NCBI GenBank assembly: GCA_965649825.1
Contig: OZ287708.1
Span: forward strand, 153,201 to 217,200
Length of the DNA stretch: 64,000 nt
Source of the DNA: Penicillus capitatus
Lineage: Eukaryota > Plantae > Chlorophyta
Direction: 5' to 3'
Shown here: positions 61,099 to 64,000 of the stretch, one piece after another
How positions within the stretch are numbered: position 1 is the stretch's first letter
How the letters are laid out: each line of letters starts with the position of its first letter
Made by a program: the position numbers and the translations under genes
The notes under the pieces: model-generated
The model's database searches: none
Seen by the model: only the letters and a program-made list of their open reading frames with translations
Told to the model about the DNA's origin: nothing

Positions 61099-61633
61099 TC
61101 GGGCGATACGCGGTTCCTGCGATCATGGTGAAAACTCGGTTTTCGTTAGTAAGCAGCGCATACGATGACGCATCATGTCAAATTCTACGAGGAAACGACG
61201 GTGACTTGGAAAAGACGGTGACGCAACAGGACTACCACAGAATTGAGCATGAAACATTCACTAAGCTGCTGCACAGACTTGGCACTCAATTTCTCTCCCA
61301 GATCACTGCTATTGCCACCCGGGCTGCATATTTGCACGTAAGCCGCTCTTCTGGCGAAGCCATGATATCCCTGGCCACCCTACCATCAGAGAAATGGTTT
61401 CATATGCACACGGCTTTCAGAATCTCCATGCATAAGTGCGGTACCTGCTAATGCCATTGAGACGGAGAGTAAGTGGTGAAGGGTCATCCATACCAACAGA
61501 AGGATGAAGGGTAGACGTCGATGGCACCTTTCTTTCTTGAAATATCTCCCGGGTATATTCCAGTGGCATCATCTCTACGAGCCTCGGACTGTCAACGGAG
61601 GACTCTCTCGGTACTGTTATCGAAATCTAGACA

Positions 61634-62632
61634 GTGCCATCGACTTACATGGCCAAGACATTTGCCATCTCTATCCCGCGACCTTCCCAAGTCCAGGGAA
61701 CAAAGACAAGGCGAACGGATGTTCGACCCAGTCGACAGCCTATGTATCGACGGCCGGGCCGCCAATCGATGACGGTCGTCGCTCTTCGTCACAATTCGAC
61801 GTCTTCAGATGCAGATCCGCCACGAGAAAAGGCATCCAGTGTCGGCTCTGTGGGCAGAGAGCTGGAGCAGATGGTGCGTGTTCCACCTCTGTCCTTCCCT
61901 TCGTTGCGGCAATGGGCTCAGCGTTTGAACCCAGACATATGGGTCCCCCTCATGACACTTGTCGGATTCTCAGCGACAACTTTTCTCGTATTTGCAGCAG
62001 AACCAACAAATTTCTTGCTGTTCTTTGATCACAGTGTCCAGAACTGGACGGTCTCGACCATTCCATCCTCCATTCGCTATACCGTTTTCCAAAAGGGTAT
62101 CTCCAACATCTTTTTTGTCTTTGACTTTGTCGTCGGCTCTTCATTGATCTTCATCCATGGACTTGGAAAGAGAAAAAAGGAATTGGCATTGACTGGATTC
62201 TCAGCTTTGTTTTTCTACGTTCTCATGGGTTCTCATAACTATGAGGGATGGGTGATCCATTTCCTCAAAGAAACCTTCCATCGATGTCGTCCACAAAGTG
62301 GCATGATTTCTTATTCTTTTCCAAGTGGACATGTCACCTGTGCCGTTTTCTTAACGGGAACACTGCTCTATGTCTGGCTGCCTGCCGCAGAGCGAAGTCT
62401 CAACACAGATTCCCCTTCATTCGTTCGACGGTATGTGGAAGTGCTAAGGTCGGGCATGGGAAACAAAATGCTGTTTTGGGGACTGAGCTATTTGTGCACT
62501 TCGATCGGTCGGGTGGGAGGAAATGTGCATTGGGTGTCGGATACAGTAGCAGGTGGCTTAGTCGGAATGGCACTCACCTCTCTTCTCGTCTCATCCTATA
62601 CAGCCCTGTACAACCGCATAGACAAAGTTTAA
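61634..62632 (+). CDS. PAP2-superfamily membrane phosphatase
   Basis: Motifs KETFHRCRP, SFPSGH and GRVGGNVHWVSD, with several TM segments. Start codon uncertain. Confidence 0.9.
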   Translation: MPSTYMAKTFAISIPRPSQVQGTKTRRTDVRPSRQPMYRRPGRQSMTVVALRHNSTSSDADPPREKASSVGSVGRELEQMVRVPPLSFPSLRQWAQRLNPDIWVPLMTLVGFSATTFLVFAAEPTNFLLFFDHSVQNWTVSTIPSSIRYTVFQKGISNIFFVFDFVVGSSLIFIHGLGKRKKELALTGFSALFFYVLMGSHNYEGWVIHFLKETFHRCRPQSGMISYSFPSGHVTCAVFLTGTLLYVWLPAAERSLNTDSPSFVRRYVEVLRSGMGNKMLFWGLSYLCTSIGRVGGNVHWVSDTVAGGLVGMALTSLLVSSYTALYNRIDKV

Positions 62633-62785
62633 CACCCGATTCTACGAACAGCCCCTATTCCTAAACCCGAACGAAATCTCAAGCATATGTCACAAAACGG
62701 ACAAAATCATAAAACAGCGAAAAAACAGAAGCGGTCATGACAGGAAAAGAGAAAGAATGAACACAAGTGTCTGCCGAGTGTTGGA

Positions 62786-64000
62786 CTAGGCTCTGGAAGC
62801 GGGGAGGTACTCCCTCTTCGTGAATTTTCCGTTTAGACTCTTGAGGGCACTCATTAACTTGTTGGTATCGTTCACCAACTCTTGCATCTCATTCCAGTCG
62901 AGCTGAAAAGCTGGATGTCGATATTTGTCCATTTCATCTCGCTCTTCTTCCCTTTCTCCTTCGATCTCCTCCTGACGATCGGCAACATCGAGATCATGCG
63001 CCGCTCTGAGGGAGAGGATTCTGAGCGGTTTGTCGTAGAGGTGATGAACGAGAATTCTGAAAAAGAGTGTGAGGAAAGGCAGTGGAATGAGCAGTGCAGA
63101 ATAAGGGAATCTCTTGATCGCGAATAGGCCGATCATCATAGACTGCATGACGACCAACCCCCCTATCACATGTTCAAATATATGCTCCCAGAGCTTGCCA
63201 CCACTTTGATATTCCTCTGAATAGATATACAACATGTTGTAAGTCCATGTCAGCTTCATTGCCAGGAAGTACGCCAACGTGACTGGCAGAACGATGGGAT
63301 TGACAACGGAGAAGGCCAGACCCAACAGAATGGTAAGTGTATGATTTGGCACTTCTACGCCGTACTCCATCGTCTGGTGTTTCCAGATTCGGGCCTTGGC
63401 GCGTTCCGTTCCAGCAAACCTGCCCATGAGCCATAGCTGTATCAAATTCACAAGGTTCAGAAAGCTGATGCCTCCTTCGAGTAAACCGGTGTAGAGAATG
63501 TAAGAAATGAAAAACGTGGCAGACTGCGGTGCAGCGACACCCAGGATATCTCGAATGGAGCTTGGATTGTCTCGGATCTCTTGGATCTGGGTCAAAAGGG
63601 AACTGGCAATGAAGCTAAAGAAAAAGACAGTGATTGTTTGGAAGACAAAGTACTTTCGCACAACCCCGAAATCGATCTCGCTCAAACTGATCATACCCTG
63701 CGCACGATTCATGTGCTTCAGCAGAGAAGGCAGAAAAGCCAAGAAGAGCTTTAGAGCCAGATTGGGCACAACAGCCTTCAAGATTCCATTGATCAATGGA
63801 AAAGTGACGATCGAGCCGATGACGGGGTATCGTTCCAGACGATCCATTTGGATGAGGCCCTGGACGAAAGTGACAGGCACGATGAAGAAGAGACAGAGAC
63901 AGGTAAAACTGATCCATGCTGCCAGCAACCGCACAGTGCGTTCCCATCCTCTCAGTTTCAGATTCTCCCAGATCAGTTCTTCCGGATGCGGTGCTGCCTG
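62786..64000 (-). CDS. CSC1/OSCA/ERD4-family (TMEM63) channel, 5' part outside the window
   Basis: APHPEELIWENL, FFIVPVTFVQGL, FVFQTITVFF, A..F ISYI, YSEEYQSGGKLW. Confidence 0.92.
   Translation of the reverse strand, partial: QAAPHPEELIWENLKLRGWERTVRLLAAWISFTCLCLFFIVPVTFVQGLIQMDRLERYPVIGSIVTFPLINGILKAVVPNLALKLFLAFLPSLLKHMNRAQGMISLSEIDFGVVRKYFVFQTITVFFFSFIASSLLTQIQEIRDNPSSIRDILGVAAPQSATFFISYILYTGLLEGGISFLNLVNLIQLWLMGRFAGTERAKARIWKHQTMEYGVEVPNHTLTILLGLAFSVVNPIVLPVTLAYFLAMKLTWTYNMLYIYSEEYQSGGKLWEHIFEHVIGGLVVMQSMMIGLFAIKRFPYSALLIPLPFLTLFFRILVHHLYDKPLRILSLRAAHDLDVADRQEEIEGEREEERDEMDKYRHPAFQLDWNEMQELVNDTNKLMSALKSLNGKFTKREYLPASRA

Noticed and set aside
61120-61500. Possible small spliced gene between SPS and PAP2
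   Set aside because: Some splice-like signals exist, but I could not assemble a convincing start-to-stop model or recognise a domain.

Overview
Eukaryotic nuclear DNA from a green-alga-like organism: standard code, many 45-60 nt spliceosomal introns, plastid-targeted genes. About half the window is ordinary housekeeping genes: NDUFA6, PEX1, CPN20, a PNPO/HugZ-like protein, a JmjC dioxygenase, a bPH_2 membrane protein, a tail-anchored protein, a SAMHD1-like HD hydrolase, a coiled-coil protein, solanesyl diphosphate synthase, a PAP2 phosphatase and a CSC1/OSCA channel. The rest is five related copies (U0-U4) of an unannotated 8-10 kb cassette. Each carries a TATA-driven, three-exon gene for a novel 303-368 aa proline-rich protein. 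All five spliced ORFs are intact, and each first intron holds a ~45-bp hairpin with compensatory substitutions. Downstream lie kilobase arrays of ~40-bp monomers, many of them GC hairpins with an AGTGGA/TCCACT loop. The cassette has a near-fixed end (A|TCTGTGA...) on one side and variable, abruptly fused pieces of host genes (NDUFA6, PEX1 5', mtHSP70, coiled-coil exons) on the other. No transposase, Rep/HUH, helicase or RT is visible. My best reading is a non-autonomous, gene-capturing (possibly rolling-circle-type) selfish cassette, or a hairpin-driven duplication hotspot. The mechanism is inference; the structure is seen directly. All alignments and exon calls were made by eye.
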